A stretch of 62,483 bases of DNA from an uncultured bacterium (GCA_938074335.1 CALJEL010000044.1:1-62483), one strand, 5' to 3'. Counted from the first letter of the stretch, positions 25,024 to 35,379 are shown. Made by a program: numbers and translations. The notes: a model not told the origin generated them from the letters alone.

Positions 25024-25908
25024 ATGAAAAGGTTAATACTAATACTCCTGGTCGCATTATTGCCCGGTGCCTGTGTCTCTTCAAAGGAATACAAGGCAAG
25101 ACTTGCTGAGATTGACAGCCTCAAGGGCAATATGTCACAGCTTGAAGAGACCATTAAACAAAAAGAGGATGAAAAGGTAGCACTTAGCTCAGAGCTTTCA
25201 AAACTCAGAAGGGAGTATGAAGACCTGAAAAAGGAAAGGGATAGCCTTCAGGCAGATAATGCAAATCTTAAATACCTTCTTGAGGCAAAGAAGGATGAGC
25301 TCTCAAAGGCAATTACAGACCTGAGGGCAAAGGTCTCAGAAAAGGAGCAGAGGATTAAGGAACTTGAATCAGAGATAGCAAGACTCTCACAGGAAAAACA
25401 AAGGGTACTTGAGGAAAAGGAAAAGGCAATAGCAGAGCTTAAAGGCACATACAATAAACTTGTAAATGAACTCCAGGAAGAGATTAAAAAGGGAGAGATA
25501 GAGGTAACCCAGCTCAGGGATAAGCTTACACTTTCCATGGTTGAAAAGATACTCTTTGATTCAGGAAGTGCAGAGATTAAAAAAGAGGGCAAGAAGGTCC
25601 TTGACAGGGTAGTTGAGATACTGAAGAATGTAAAGGACAGACAGATAAATATCGAAGGCCATACAGACAATGTCCCTATAAGCCCGAGGCTTGCGCAGAA
25701 ATTTCCAACAAACTGGGAGCTCTCAACTGCAAGGGCAACAAATGTGGTGAGATATCTTCAGGAAAAGGGTATTGACCCAGCACTTTTAAGTGCTACAGGT
25801 TATGCTGAATACAGACCTGTTTCTCCTAATGATACAGAGGAAGGAAGGGCAAAGAACAGGAGGATAGAGATTGTCCTTGTGCCACTGGAATTAAAAAAGT
25901 CAGAATGA
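25024..25908 (+). CDS. OmpA/MotB-domain lipoprotein with a long coiled coil
   Basis: Lipobox LLPGAC. A ~150-aa heptad-rich region follows. C-terminal OmpA-like block: FDSGSAEIKKEGKKVLDRV...INIEGHTDNVPI...NWELSTARATNVVRYL...NRRIEIVL. Confidence 0.88.
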   Translation: MKRLILILLVALLPGACVSSKEYKARLAEIDSLKGNMSQLEETIKQKEDEKVALSSELSKLRREYEDLKKERDSLQADNANLKYLLEAKKDELSKAITDLRAKVSEKEQRIKELESEIARLSQEKQRVLEEKEKAIAELKGTYNKLVNELQEEIKKGEIEVTQLRDKLTLSMVEKILFDSGSAEIKKEGKKVLDRVVEILKNVKDRQINIEGHTDNVPISPRLAQKFPTNWELSTARATNVVRYLQEKGIDPALLSATGYAEYRPVSPNDTEEGRAKNRRIEIVLVPLELKKSE

Positions 25909-26792
25909 AGGTAGAATTAAGAGAAAAAAGGATAGAAGAACTTTATAGCCTTCTCAGGGAGTGCCGGCTCTGTCCCAGAAATTGTAAGGTAAACAGGCTT
26001 GAAGGTAAAAAGGGATTCTGCAGGACTGGTTCAAAGCCAGTAGTGTCAAGCTGGGGGCCTCACTTTGGAGAGGAGAGGCCCCTTGTTGGAAGACATGGCT
26101 CAGGTACCATATTCTTTACCCATTGTAATCTTGGATGCCTGTACTGCCAGAACTGGACAATAAGCCATCTTGGAGAAGGAGAGGAGACCACTGTTGAAAG
26201 GCTCGCAAACATAATGCTCATGCTCCAGGCTGAGGGTTGTCACAATATCAATCTTGTTACCCCGACGCACCAGACACCAATGATAGTGGAGGCAATATAT
26301 ATTGCAAGGGACAGAGGTCTTGAGATACCCATAGTGTATAACTGCGGAGGCTATGAATCAGTAGAGACCCTGAGACTCCTTGAAGGGATTATAGAGATAT
26401 ATATGCCTGATATAAAATATATGTCTAAGGAATTTTCAAAAAAATATTCTCTTGCACCTGATTATCCAGAGATTGTCAGGGCTGCAATTAAGGAGATGCA
26501 CAGGCAGGTTGGTGACCTGATAATAGATAAAAGGGGTATAGCAGTGAAGGGCCTCCTTGTAAGGCACCTCGTTCTTCCCAACAATATTGCTGGAACAGAA
26601 GAAGTGGTAAGATTTATTGCCGAGGAGATATCAAAGGATACCTATATTAACATAATGGACCAGTACAGGCCATGCTACAGGGCCTTTGAATTCCCGGAGT
26701 TATCAAGAAGGATCACCCCAGAGGAGTATGACTCTGCCATAAGGGCAGCCCTTAAGGCAGGTCTTAAAAGGATTGATGGAGTGACAGTTTGA
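25905..26792 (+). CDS. Radical SAM protein, PflX-like (pyruvate formate-lyase activase-related)
   Basis: CNLGCLYCQN is the CxxxCxxC radical-SAM cluster. The N-terminal CRLCPRNC is typical of the COG1313 family. Confidence 0.8.
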   Translation: MKVELREKRIEELYSLLRECRLCPRNCKVNRLEGKKGFCRTGSKPVVSSWGPHFGEERPLVGRHGSGTIFFTHCNLGCLYCQNWTISHLGEGEETTVERLANIMLMLQAEGCHNINLVTPTHQTPMIVEAIYIARDRGLEIPIVYNCGGYESVETLRLLEGIIEIYMPDIKYMSKEFSKKYSLAPDYPEIVRAAIKEMHRQVGDLIIDKRGIAVKGLLVRHLVLPNNIAGTEEVVRFIAEEISKDTYINIMDQYRPCYRAFEFPELSRRITPEEYDSAIRAALKAGLKRIDGVTV

Positions 26793-28171
26793 AGATAAGG
26801 TTTCTTGGTGCTACAAAGGGGGTTACAGGTTCATGCTTTTTGCTTGAGATAAATGATTTAAATATCCTCATTGAATGCGGTCTCCATCAGGGAGAGGGAA
26901 ATCACGAGGAAAACTTAAAGCCCTTTGCCTTTGATCCTTCCGGGATAGATTACCTCTTTCTCACTCATGCACACCTTGACCATTCAGGACTCATCCCGAA
27001 GCTCGTAAAGGATGGATTCAGGGGAAGGATTATCACCACTGCTGCAACAAGGGACCTCGTTGAGTTACTCCTTTTTGACGCAGCCCATATTCAGGAGGCA
27101 GATGCAGAATGGGCAACAAGAAAGGCCCTGAGGAGTGGAAGACCTCCAGTAACCCCCCTCTATACAGTTGATGATGTAAGGCAGGTCCTGCCATTATTTG
27201 ATATAAAGCCCTATGATAAGATAAATCATCTTGGCAATGGCATAAAATACAGATTCCTTGACGCAGGCCATATACTTGGCTCAGGGACACTTGAGCTCTG
27301 GTATCAGGATGGTCCTCAGGAAAAGAAGATAATATTTTCAGGAGATATCGGTAAAAAAGGAAGCCCCATTATAAAAGACCCTGAGATAACAAAAGAGGCA
27401 GATTATATAGTGATGGAGGCAACATACGGAAACAGACTTCATAAGCCTCTTGAGGAAAGTATAAATGAGCTTGTAGATGCTATAAAGACCACATTCAAAA
27501 AAGGCGGCAATGTCTATATACCATCTCATGCAGTTGGAAGGACTCAGGACCTTTTATATATCCTTAATAATCTTGTCAGAGAAGGAAGGCTCTACAGGAT
27601 TCATGTCTATCTTGATAGTCCCCTTGCAGAGGAGGCAACAAAGGTATATCTTGCCCATCCAGAATGCTTTGATGAGGAGGCAATGAAACTCTTCACAGGA
27701 AAGAGGATAGGCGACTCTATAGTCCTTCACTTTGTAAGACGAACAGAGGATTCAATGGCACTGAATAAAATAAGCTCAGGCATCATTGTTATTGCAGGAA
27801 GCGGTATGTGTGAAGGTGGCAGGATAAGACATCATCTCAAGCATAACCTCTGGAGACCTGAATGCAGCGTGATATTCGTGGGATTCCAGGCAAAAGGCAC
27901 CCTTGGCAGGAGGATTGTAGAAGGAGCTTCCAGCGTTAATATCCTTGGAGAGGAGATTGCTGTGAGATCCTCTATATATACGATAAATGGATTTTCAGCC
28001 CATGCAGACAGAGACGGACTCCTTGAATGGCTTGGAAACTTTGCTGATTCACCCGAGATATTCCTTGTGCATGGTGAAGAAGATGTCCTCAATTCTTTCA
28101 AAGATTTAATTATAGAAAAATATGGTCTTAAGGTCACCATCCCTGAAAAGGGAGAAGAATTTGTAGTTTAA
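26789..28171 (+). CDS. MBL-fold beta-CASP hydrolase (RNA-metabolising metallo-beta-lactamase family)
   Basis: HAHLDHSG motif, later DAGHILGS, ATYG, and the C-terminal SAHAD motif. At 460 aa it fits beta-CASP proteins. Confidence 0.85.
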   Translation: MKIRFLGATKGVTGSCFLLEINDLNILIECGLHQGEGNHEENLKPFAFDPSGIDYLFLTHAHLDHSGLIPKLVKDGFRGRIITTAATRDLVELLLFDAAHIQEADAEWATRKALRSGRPPVTPLYTVDDVRQVLPLFDIKPYDKINHLGNGIKYRFLDAGHILGSGTLELWYQDGPQEKKIIFSGDIGKKGSPIIKDPEITKEADYIVMEATYGNRLHKPLEESINELVDAIKTTFKKGGNVYIPSHAVGRTQDLLYILNNLVREGRLYRIHVYLDSPLAEEATKVYLAHPECFDEEAMKLFTGKRIGDSIVLHFVRRTEDSMALNKISSGIIVIAGSGMCEGGRIRHHLKHNLWRPECSVIFVGFQAKGTLGRRIVEGASSVNILGEEIAVRSSIYTINGFSAHADRDGLLEWLGNFADSPEIFLVHGEEDVLNSFKDLIIEKYGLKVTIPEKGEEFVV

Positions 28172-28279
28172 TCGGCAGATTTCTAAAAAACTTTAGCCAT
28201 TCACCAATTCACCAAAATTCTACTGGTGGCAAAAGTAACAGTTGAGTCATCACAGAGCTTTTTGATTTTTGAACCCCCC

Positions 28280-28306
28280 TAAAGTTTCACCTTGAGTAAT
28301 CCGAAT
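28280..28306 (+). promoter_or_regulatory. Candidate sigma28 (FliA)-type promoter for flagellin
   Basis: TAAAGTTT (28280-28287), an 11-12 nt spacer, then (A)TCCGAAT. The consensus is TAAAGTTT-N11-GCCGATAA. The -35 is perfect and the -10 is partial. Confidence 0.4.
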
Positions 28307-28431
28307 CTAAAAGTGAAGGCCAAAAAAACGGGATGAAGGAGGTGATGAAGATAGTTAAAGCTCCCGAGGCCTGATATTTAAAACCCCGGTAAGAATTACC
28401 GGAAAGATTTCTCAGAAGGAGGTATTTAAAA

Positions 28432-29250
28432 ATGGCTATCAATGATATCACCCTTACCGCTGGAATGCGGAGTAACCTTTTAAGTCTTCAGAAGACAGCA
28501 GAACTTTTTGACAGGACACAGATAAGACTCTCAACAGGTAAAAAGGTAAATTCAGCCCTTGATGACCCTGTCAATTACTTTGCAGCAAAGTCTCACATGA
28601 GCAGGGCATCTGACCTGGCAGCCCTTAAGGACATGATGAACGAGGCGATCCAGACTGTGAAGGCTGCAGATGCAGGACTCTCTGCCATTGAGTCACTCAT
28701 CTACCAGGCAAAGTCACTCGCCCAGTCTGCACTTCAATCCAATGATGCAACAGTAAGAGCAAATCTTGCAGCCCAGTTTAATGAGATCCTTAACCAGATA
28801 GACAATGTAGCAGCAGACTCAGGCTATCGCGGTACAAACCTGATAGACAGTGGAACAGATAATTTAGTAGTTGTGTTCAATGAAGATAATACAAGCACAC
28901 TCACCATCAATCATCAAAACGCCACATCAGCAGGACTTGGTATCAATGCTGCTGGTGACTGGGCAAATGATACGGATATCCAGACCTCAATAAGTGAGCT
29001 TGATGCAGCCATAGTCACCTTAAGACAGTATTCCCAGACACTTTCCTCCAACCTTTCAGTGGTGCAGATAAGGCTTGACTTCACAAACAATATGATTAAT
29101 ACCCTTACAAAGGGTGCAGAGAATCTCATACTTGCTGATATGAATGAGGAAGGTGCAAACTTACTCATGCTCCAGACCAGACAGGCACTTGGTGTGACAG
29201 CCCTTAGCCTTGCATCCCAGGCAGCTCAGTCAGTACTGAGGTTGTTCTAA
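28432..29250 (+). CDS. Flagellin (short, ~270-aa type)
   Basis: The conserved N-terminal block (LTAGMRSNLLSLQKT...RLSTGKKVNSALDDPVNYF) and C-terminal block (LGVTALSLASQAAQSVLRLF) are present. AGGAGG lies 8 nt upstream. Confidence 0.92.
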   Translation: MAINDITLTAGMRSNLLSLQKTAELFDRTQIRLSTGKKVNSALDDPVNYFAAKSHMSRASDLAALKDMMNEAIQTVKAADAGLSAIESLIYQAKSLAQSALQSNDATVRANLAAQFNEILNQIDNVAADSGYRGTNLIDSGTDNLVVVFNEDNTSTLTINHQNATSAGLGINAAGDWANDTDIQTSISELDAAIVTLRQYSQTLSSNLSVVQIRLDFTNNMINTLTKGAENLILADMNEEGANLLMLQTRQALGVTALSLASQAAQSVLRLF

Positions 29251-29257
29251 ATTCCAT

Positions 29258-29283
29258 AAGGCAGGGGCTTTTGCCCCTGCCTT
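29258..29283 (+). terminator. Putative terminator hairpin after flagellin
   Basis: AAGGCAGGGGC-TTTT-GCCCCTGCCTT is a perfect 11-bp stem 8 nt after the stop. The trailing T-tract is weak. Confidence 0.55.
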
Positions 29284-29302
29284 GATTAATTAAAGGTCTG
29301 TC

Positions 29303-29782
29303 ATGGTTGTAAGAGGGGTAGAAGAAGGACCCCATCCAGTACCTCAGATAAGGTCTGAGGATAAAAGCCAGATGTCTTTTTCTCGAGACAGGGTTAATGA
29401 GAAAGAAGTGACTGTGGGTCTGAAAGAACCCTTTGACTTCAAAAAGATATACAGCATAAAATCAGAAATTTATAGTTCAGTGCGTCTTTTAAAAGAAGAG
29501 GATATCATGGATCTAATAGAAAATATTTCAGAAGACCTTTTTAATATAAACAAGATATTCCCACCCTATCCACCAGGAGGTGAGGAACGGATAAGCACTC
29601 TTAAGAGTTTTATTGCCTTCAGGACCCTTATAGAAAGGCTTACCATACCGCCAGAACAGACAGAAGAGATAACGAGACTCTCTGCAGAGCTTGCAGAGCA
29701 AAAAAGTCTTGACATCAAGCACACCCTTTCCAGTGAAAAGACCAGTCTAACCAAAGAGACTGCCTTCTTAAAGGAATTTTAA
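29303..29782 (+). CDS. Hypothetical protein (159 aa) in the flagellin regulatory cluster
   Basis: ORF track. No domain recognised, and it does not look like FlaG. It is tightly followed (1 nt) by flbT. Confidence 0.5.
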   Translation: MVVRGVEEGPHPVPQIRSEDKSQMSFSRDRVNEKEVTVGLKEPFDFKKIYSIKSEIYSSVRLLKEEDIMDLIENISEDLFNINKIFPPYPPGGEERISTLKSFIAFRTLIERLTIPPEQTEEITRLSAELAEQKSLDIKHTLSSEKTSLTKETAFLKEF

Positions 29783-29783
29783 T

Positions 29784-30182
29784 ATGCCTCTTAAGATAAA
29801 CCTTAAACCCGGAGAAAAGATAATCATAGGTGGAGCGGTAATAAAAAATGGCGAACGACCGGCAACACTTTTTATAGAAAATAAGGTCCCTCTCTTAAGA
29901 GAAAAGGATATCCTGAAAGAAGAGGATGCTGTTACCTATTGCAGCAAGATCTATTTTGTCATACAGCTCATGTATATTGATGGCAAGAATATGCTTGATT
30001 ATCACAACATCTACTGGAGGCTGGTGAGAGAGCTTGTTGAGGCAGTTCCAAGGACAACAGGTATAATTGACAGGATAAGCCAGAATATACTTGAGGAAAA
30101 TTATTACCAGGCATTGAAGCTTGCCAAAAAACTCATTGAATTTGAAAAGGAGGTATTAAAGGATGTTAAAAACAGGCGTTGA
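29784..30182 (+). CDS. flbT: Flagellar biosynthesis repressor FlbT
   Basis: MPLKINLKPGEKIIIGGAVIKNGERPATLFIENKVPLLREKDIL matches the FlbT N-terminus known from Caulobacter and Brucella. Confidence 0.8.
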   Translation: MPLKINLKPGEKIIIGGAVIKNGERPATLFIENKVPLLREKDILKEEDAVTYCSKIYFVIQLMYIDGKNMLDYHNIYWRLVRELVEAVPRTTGIIDRISQNILEENYYQALKLAKKLIEFEKEVLKDVKNRR

Positions 30183-30534
30183 GGCTTACAGGGATGTTCA
30201 GAAGGCCACGCTTTCAGGCAGGGAACTGGAGGCATCAGTTCTTGTAAAGGCAGCACATCTTCTCAAGGAGTGCAAAGACAGATGGAATGATCCAGACAGG
30301 GATCTAAGACTTGATAATGCCCTCAGATACAATCAAAGGCTCTGGAGTTTATTTCAGACAGAACTCTCAAGACCAGACCATCCCATGCCAAAGAATTTAA
30401 GAGAAGACCTTCTGAGTCTGAGCCTCTTCATTGATAAAAGGACCTTTGAATTAATGGCATCACCCTCTCCAGAGAAACTTGATATATTGATAAAAATAAA
30501 TCTCAACATTGCTGCTGGTCTGAGTTCAAAATAA
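30163..30534 (+). CDS. flaF: Flagellar biosynthesis regulator FlaF
   Basis: AYRDVQKATLSGRELEASVLVKAAHLLKEC...NQRLWSLF matches the FlaF pattern (PRELEA..LL.AA..L; N..LW). Confidence 0.75.
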   Translation: MLKTGVEAYRDVQKATLSGRELEASVLVKAAHLLKECKDRWNDPDRDLRLDNALRYNQRLWSLFQTELSRPDHPMPKNLREDLLSLSLFIDKRTFELMASPSPEKLDILIKINLNIAAGLSSK

Positions 30535-30537
30535 AGG

Positions 30538-30742
30538 GTACGGAATAGATACCGCCAAACCTTGAAAGTGCGACAGAGCGACAGCACACCTGACGGTGCA
30601 GTGAGTTAGTGAATTAGTGAAATAGTGAATTAGAAAATACTAACTCACTAACTCACTTGCATGCTAACTCACTACTTTAGCTCTGTCGCACTGTAGCACT
30701 ATGGTGTGGCAGACTGACAGTTTTCTATCGGCAAAATAGGGG
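30538..30742. repeat. Composite hairpin repeat element, copy R8
   Basis: GTGCGACAGAGCGACAGC...GTGAGTTAGTGAATTAGTGAAATAGTGAATTAG pairs with CTAACTCACTAACTCACTTGCATGCTAACTCACTACTTTAGCTCTGTCGCACTG. The right end is GGCAGACTGACAGTTTTCTATCGGCAAAATAGGGG. It starts 3 nt after the flaF stop. Confidence 0.85.
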
Positions 30743-30790
30743 TATTCGGGCCTCTCGCTTATAGTATGAACTACATGTTAAAATCATTTC

Positions 30791-32689
30791 ATGGGTCTTG
30801 GTAAGATAAGTGACCTTGCAAATCCAAAGACAGTAATACTCTTCTTTTTACAGTTTTTTCTCATAATCGGGATCCTCTCCTATCGCTCCTACAGGGACTC
30901 CTCAGAGACCTGTATTAAATGCCATGGAGATAAAGAAAGGATGGAAGAGCTTGGTTATCCTCAGTTCTATATGACTGAAGAGGAGGTAAAAAAACAGACA
31001 GGCCATAAATATACCACATGCAGGGATTGCCATCTTGGAAATGGAAGGACAATGGATCCTCAGAAGGCTCATAAAGGGCTCCTAAGGCCCTTATTTGTCA
31101 GTGAGGCTGGAGAGGTCCTTGATAGAAAAAAACTCTATGATAAAGGAGAGACAGAACTGAACAGGCTTCTTCCTCATGGCAATGATAAGCTCTTTGAGAT
31201 GCTTCCAAAGAAGAGGGACAAAAAAGGTAATCTCTATATCCATCCAGAGGTTAGAAATCTCCTCTGGCATGACAGAGACCCCGAGACACTGAATTTTGAC
31301 CCGAGGATTGCCCAGAAGACCTGCTCAAAATCAGGCTGTCATGTGGAGGAATTAAGACAGTTCAAAAAGACCATAATGGCAAGGAATTTCAGGCAGAGGA
31401 CCATGAGGACATGGCTTGAGCCCTATGGACCTCATAATTGCGGGCCTTCCTTTGCAGACCCTCCACCACCTGAGGTTCTTGAAGGTGCTGAATTTGATTT
31501 TAATAACACAGTGAAGATCCAGAAGGAATTAAATATAGGATTCTCAAAGGAGCAGGCAGTAGTAAAACAGAGATTTTGTAATGTCTGTCATGCAGGATGC
31601 CTTGATTGCCACTATACACCAGGAAAGGATGGAAAGGTCCATTCCTTTACAAAGAGGCCTGATTCCTATTCCTGTGCTGGATGGGGCAGGGGCAATAGCA
31701 TATGCCATCCAGGTGCCATGCAATCCCGAAGGGGTGAAACCTATATTGGAGGGGATTATTCTATTCCAAGAGGAATGGCTCCTGATATACATTTTAAGAA
31801 AAACATTCATTGCAGGGACTGTCATCAGACAGGAACACTCGGTATGGGTGATATGGAAAGAAAGGCTACATGTCAGGATTGTCATGTAGAGATTGAGGAG
31901 GCCCATGAAAGCTCCATCCACAAAGATCTTACATGCACAGCCTGCCATGTCCGAAGGGCAGGTGGTTACCAGATAACCATATGGGGTAAGGGGCTTGTGG
32001 GAGGAAAGGAAAATCCCTTTAAGAAATACTCACTCTATTACGGAATACAGGAACCATTGATATTAATGAAAGATCAGAAGGGTAAATGGTTTCCTGTAAA
32101 GATATGGCCTCATGCAGTAGGAAATATAAGACTGGATATAAAGCCATCTGGTCTGAAATTCCGCTGGCCTGATGGAAGTACGAGGGATATGTATGCCCTG
32201 ATGGGTAGCTTTGATGGCCTTCCAGGTGCAAACAGACACCTGCTCTGGTTAGAGATACAGGAGGTAAGCCATCCCTTTGAAAGGTCTCGAAGGTGTAAAG
32301 ATTGTCATAAAGAAAGACAGGTCTCCCTTTCAAGATGGGAATTTCAGGATGATCAGGGTGCAGAGCCCTTTAAGGGTTCATACAGGATAGTTGCTGACAG
32401 AGATGGTTTAAGGATAGAGGATATGAAGAATACTACTCCCATAAGGCTCCTTGAGGGCTACAGGCTTGAGGACTTTGCCTCATGGCTCTATCTCAAGGAT
32501 AAATGGCAGATAAAGGGAGACTTCTCCATAAAGACAGATAGGAAAAAATATGAAAGATATCTCAGGCTTGATGAAGAGATAAGAAAGACCCCTGTAGCCC
32601 TGCTAAAAGAAAGGCTTGGTATAAAAGAAAGGCTAAAACCAGAGATAATAAAGGCAGTTGCTATACATAATCCTGATTTATTAAAATAA
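30791..32689 (+). CDS. Membrane-anchored multiheme cytochrome c (8 canonical CxxCH motifs)
   Basis: N-terminal [19 protein letters not shown]. CxxCH motifs: CIKCH, CRDCH, CNVCH, CLDCH, CRDCH, CQDCH, CTACH, CKDCH. Also CSKSGCH (CX4CH) and [12 protein letters not shown] (CX9CH). The stop is 5 nt before the gspG-like start. Confidence 0.9.
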   Translation: MGLGKISDLANPKTVILFFLQFFLIIGILSYRSYRDSSETCIKCHGDKERMEELGYPQFYMTEEEVKKQTGHKYTTCRDCHLGNGRTMDPQKAHKGLLRPLFVSEAGEVLDRKKLYDKGETELNRLLPHGNDKLFEMLPKKRDKKGNLYIHPEVRNLLWHDRDPETLNFDPRIAQKTCSKSGCHVEELRQFKKTIMARNFRQRTMRTWLEPYGPHNCGPSFADPPPPEVLEGAEFDFNNTVKIQKELNIGFSKEQAVVKQRFCNVCHAGCLDCHYTPGKDGKVHSFTKRPDSYSCAGWGRGNSICHPGAMQSRRGETYIGGDYSIPRGMAPDIHFKKNIHCRDCHQTGTLGMGDMERKATCQDCHVEIEEAHESSIHKDLTCTACHVRRAGGYQITIWGKGLVGGKENPFKKYSLYYGIQEPLILMKDQKGKWFPVKIWPHAVGNIRLDIKPSGLKFRWPDGSTRDMYALMGSFDGLPGANRHLLWLEIQEVSHPFERSRRCKDCHKERQVSLSRWEFQDDQGAEPFKGSYRIVADRDGLRIEDMKNTTPIRLLEGYRLEDFASWLYLKDKWQIKGDFSIKTDRKKYERYLRLDEEIRKTPVALLKERLGIKERLKPEIIKAVAIHNPDLLK

Positions 32690-32694
32690 CTACC

Positions 32695-33129
32695 ATGAAG
32701 ATGCAAGATAAAGGTTTCACCCTTATTGAGGTCCTTGTTGTAATCTTTATCCTGAGTATCCTTGCTGCCCTTGTGGCACCAAAGATAATAGGCAGGACTG
32801 ATGATGCAAGGATAGCAGAGGCAAGGCTTCAGATAAAGAACTTTGAGACAGCCCTGAAGCTCTTTAAACTTGACAACGGCTTTTATCCATCAACAGAACA
32901 GGGGCTTGAGGCATTGATAACAAAACCCACCATCGGAAGGATACCACCTAATTACAGGGAAGGTGGCTATCTTGAGCAGAAAAAGATACCCCTTGATCCC
33001 TGGGGAAATCCCTATATCTATCTCTGTCCTGGCATCCAGGGAGACTATGATATAATCTCCTATGGTGCTGATGGTAAAGAGGGAGGAGAGGGAAAGGACG
33101 CTGATATCACGAACTGGAATATCCAGTAA
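32695..33129 (+). CDS. gspG: Type II secretion major pseudopilin GspG-like
   Basis: Prepilin leader MKMQDKG|FTLIEVLVV, then the GspG core: [47 protein letters not shown]...DPWGNPYIY...[16 protein letters not shown]. Confidence 0.9.
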   Translation: MKMQDKGFTLIEVLVVIFILSILAALVAPKIIGRTDDARIAEARLQIKNFETALKLFKLDNGFYPSTEQGLEALITKPTIGRIPPNYREGGYLEQKKIPLDPWGNPYIYLCPGIQGDYDIISYGADGKEGGEGKDADITNWNIQ

Positions 33130-33574
33130 CTGTTACTTCTGCACCAAAGGTTTTACTCTCCTTGAAATTATTGTTGTCCTGTTCATCATTTCCATAACCC
33201 TTGGGATCGTCCTTCCATCTATCAATATAAAAAAGTCACTGAGCTCTGAGGCAAAGAGGTTTGCCTCTGTGCTCAGGTATATACTTGATGAGGCAGCAAC
33301 AAAGAAAGAAACCCTTTATCTCACTGTAAAGATTCAGGAAAAGAGGATATTCTATGAGGTCTCGGAAGGCAAAAGACAGGAGTCTCTGCCTCACCTGGTA
33401 GGGATAAAGACCTCTTCAAGAGGAGATCTCAAAGACTCAAGCCTGACCATATTATTTTATCCCTCTGGTGTGAGAGAGGCCTTTGTCTTTATATTTCAGG
33501 ATAAAAAAGAAAGATATGAGGTAAAGATAAATCCAGTAAGTAACAGGGTAAGGATTGAAAAGGGTAGTATATAA
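33062..33574 (+). CDS. Minor pseudopilin, GspH-like (start uncertain)
   Basis: [25 protein letters not shown] is a prepilin-type N-terminus. The listed start overlaps gspG by 68 nt. The true start is probably a non-ATG codon near 33100-33120. Confidence 0.65.
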   Translation: MVLMVKREERERTLISRTGISSNCYFCTKGFTLLEIIVVLFIISITLGIVLPSINIKKSLSSEAKRFASVLRYILDEAATKKETLYLTVKIQEKRIFYEVSEGKRQESLPHLVGIKTSSRGDLKDSSLTILFYPSGVREAFVFIFQDKKERYEVKINPVSNRVRIEKGSI

Positions 33575-33908
33575 TTGCAAGAAGGGCTTTACCCTCATAG
33601 AGGTGCTTGTAAGCCTTGCAGTGGTGGGCTCCCTTGTGGTTGCCCTTTACAGCCTTCTTTATCATATGAATCTTTATATAGAGCATGAAGACCTCCTTAA
33701 GGCAACACTCCTTGCAAGAGAAAAGCTCTATGAAGAGCCCTTGCAGAGAGGCCCTGAGCAGGCAAGATCCTCACCTGATGATAGATTCTCTTATAGAAAA
33801 GAAATTATTAATACACCCTTTCAGGGAATAAAGCTATTAAGGATTACGGTTCAAAGTAATGGTAGAGACCTCATAACAATGGAGAGATTGATAAGGCTAA
33901 ATGAATGA
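33555..33908 (+). CDS. Minor pseudopilin, GspI-like
   Basis: [23 protein letters not shown] prepilin N-terminus, 117 aa. Confidence 0.7.
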   Translation: MKRVVYNCKKGFTLIEVLVSLAVVGSLVVALYSLLYHMNLYIEHEDLLKATLLAREKLYEEPLQRGPEQARSSPDDRFSYRKEIINTPFQGIKLLRITVQSNGRDLITMERLIRLNE

Positions 33909-34497
33909 AGGCATCCTTCAGCCTGTTTCTGATAGAGGATTCACCCTTATAGAGGTCCTTATTGCCATTGCCATTGCCTCAATCGTGGCAGGGGCATTAC
34001 TGAGCATATATGTCTCTGTTGAGAAGACTCTATCTGCCATGGAAGGCAGGGCACTAAGACTCGAGGAGGCAAGGAATCTCCTTGATATGCTTTCAAGAGA
34101 AGTCTCCTCTGCTTATTTTAATAAGGATGATAAAAGGACCTTCTTTATCATAAAAGACAGGGACATTTATGGAAGAGCAGCCTCTATCCTGAGCTTTACA
34201 GCCTTCAGAGAAAGGGGTCTGATGAGCATTACTTACGAGGTTAAGGAAGAAGGGGATAAGAAATTAATTCTTATTAAAAAAGAAGGGCCTGCCTTCAGGG
34301 AAGAAGGCTTAGAGGCAGAACTTATTGAGGATATGGAAGGTTTTCTTGTGGAGATCCCCAGGGCAGAAGGTTTCCTGAGGACATGGGATACAGAACTTAC
34401 AGGAAGACTCCCTGAAAGGATAAGGATAACCCTCAGCATGAATATAAATCAAAAAAGGATTGATCTCACCGAGACAGTGATACCAAGGCTCCAATGA
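33901..34497 (+). CDS. Minor pseudopilin, GspJ-like
   Basis: [21 protein letters not shown] prepilin N-terminus. At 198 aa the size and position fit GspJ. Confidence 0.7.
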   Translation: MNEGILQPVSDRGFTLIEVLIAIAIASIVAGALLSIYVSVEKTLSAMEGRALRLEEARNLLDMLSREVSSAYFNKDDKRTFFIIKDRDIYGRAASILSFTAFRERGLMSITYEVKEEGDKKLILIKKEGPAFREEGLEAELIEDMEGFLVEIPRAEGFLRTWDTELTGRLPERIRITLSMNINQKRIDLTETVIPRLQ

Positions 34498-35378
34498 ACC
34501 CTGCCAGAGACAATAAGGGCTTTATACTTGTACCTGTGCTGATTATATTTGCAGTTGTAATAGCAATGGTGGGAGACTTTTCCTATGAGGTATTTGTTGA
34601 TACAGGAGCCCTGAAAAACTATGTCATATCCCAGAGGCTCTCTGTGCTTGGCAGTTCGGCAATGGATTTTTCCATTGAGCATATAAGCAATTATCTCAAG
34701 GGCTTGGATTATACTTATGAGAGAGAATTACTTCTTGACCTTTCAAGTTTTGTTGAATCAGAGGGCCTGAACCTTGCTGTTATCCTCAGTGATGAGAATG
34801 GAAAGTTTAATCTCAATTCCCTTTATACCCACAGCCTTACAGATAAGATAAAGGCAATTGAGGGTCTTAAAAGGCTCTTAAGAAGACTCAAGCTTAATGA
34901 GGATATCAGTCTTATAATCTCTGACTGGATAGACAGGGACAGTGATGAGGAATACCCTCAAGGAGAAAGGTATTCTAAAAACAGGCCCCTCTACAGCATT
35001 GAAGAACTCCTCCAGATACCAGGGATAACAGAAGAGATCTTTGAAAAACTCAAGCCCTATGTAACCTGTTATACTGATGGAAGGATAAATATAAATTCTG
35101 CTCCAGCTGAGGTCCTTCTTACCATTGATGGTATAACAGAGGATATTGCTGAAGCAGTCATAAATTACAGAAAAGAAAGGCCCTTTGAAAGGTCTGAGGA
35201 TCTGAAGAATGTCCCTGGCATAAGCCCTCACCTTTATCAGTCCCTTCAGGGAAGATACACTGTAAAGGCACTGATTTATGGAATAACCATAAGGGCAGAA
35301 CAATCAGGTATAAAGAGATATATCCACGGAGTTGTTAATACAGAGACATTAAGATTAAAATATTACAGGGAAGAATAA
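34494..35378 (+). CDS. Minor pseudopilin GspK-like
   Basis: NKGFILVPVLIIFAVVIAMV N-terminus without the Glu5 residue. The helix-hairpin-helix-like block NINSAPAEVLLTIDGITEDIAEAVINYRKERPFERSEDLKNVPGI is typical of GspK. Confidence 0.75.
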   Translation: MNPARDNKGFILVPVLIIFAVVIAMVGDFSYEVFVDTGALKNYVISQRLSVLGSSAMDFSIEHISNYLKGLDYTYERELLLDLSSFVESEGLNLAVILSDENGKFNLNSLYTHSLTDKIKAIEGLKRLLRRLKLNEDISLIISDWIDRDSDEEYPQGERYSKNRPLYSIEELLQIPGITEEIFEKLKPYVTCYTDGRININSAPAEVLLTIDGITEDIAEAVINYRKERPFERSEDLKNVPGISPHLYQSLQGRYTVKALIYGITIRAEQSGIKRYIHGVVNTETLRLKYYREE

Positions 35379-35379
35379 G

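Noticed and set aside
28172-28260. A possible ninth repeat-family copy upstream of flagellin (TCGGCAGATTTCTAAAA..., CATTCACCAATTCACCAA)
   Set aside because: There is only a short resemblance to the family termini and to the TTCAC words. None of the three conserved boundary motifs is present.
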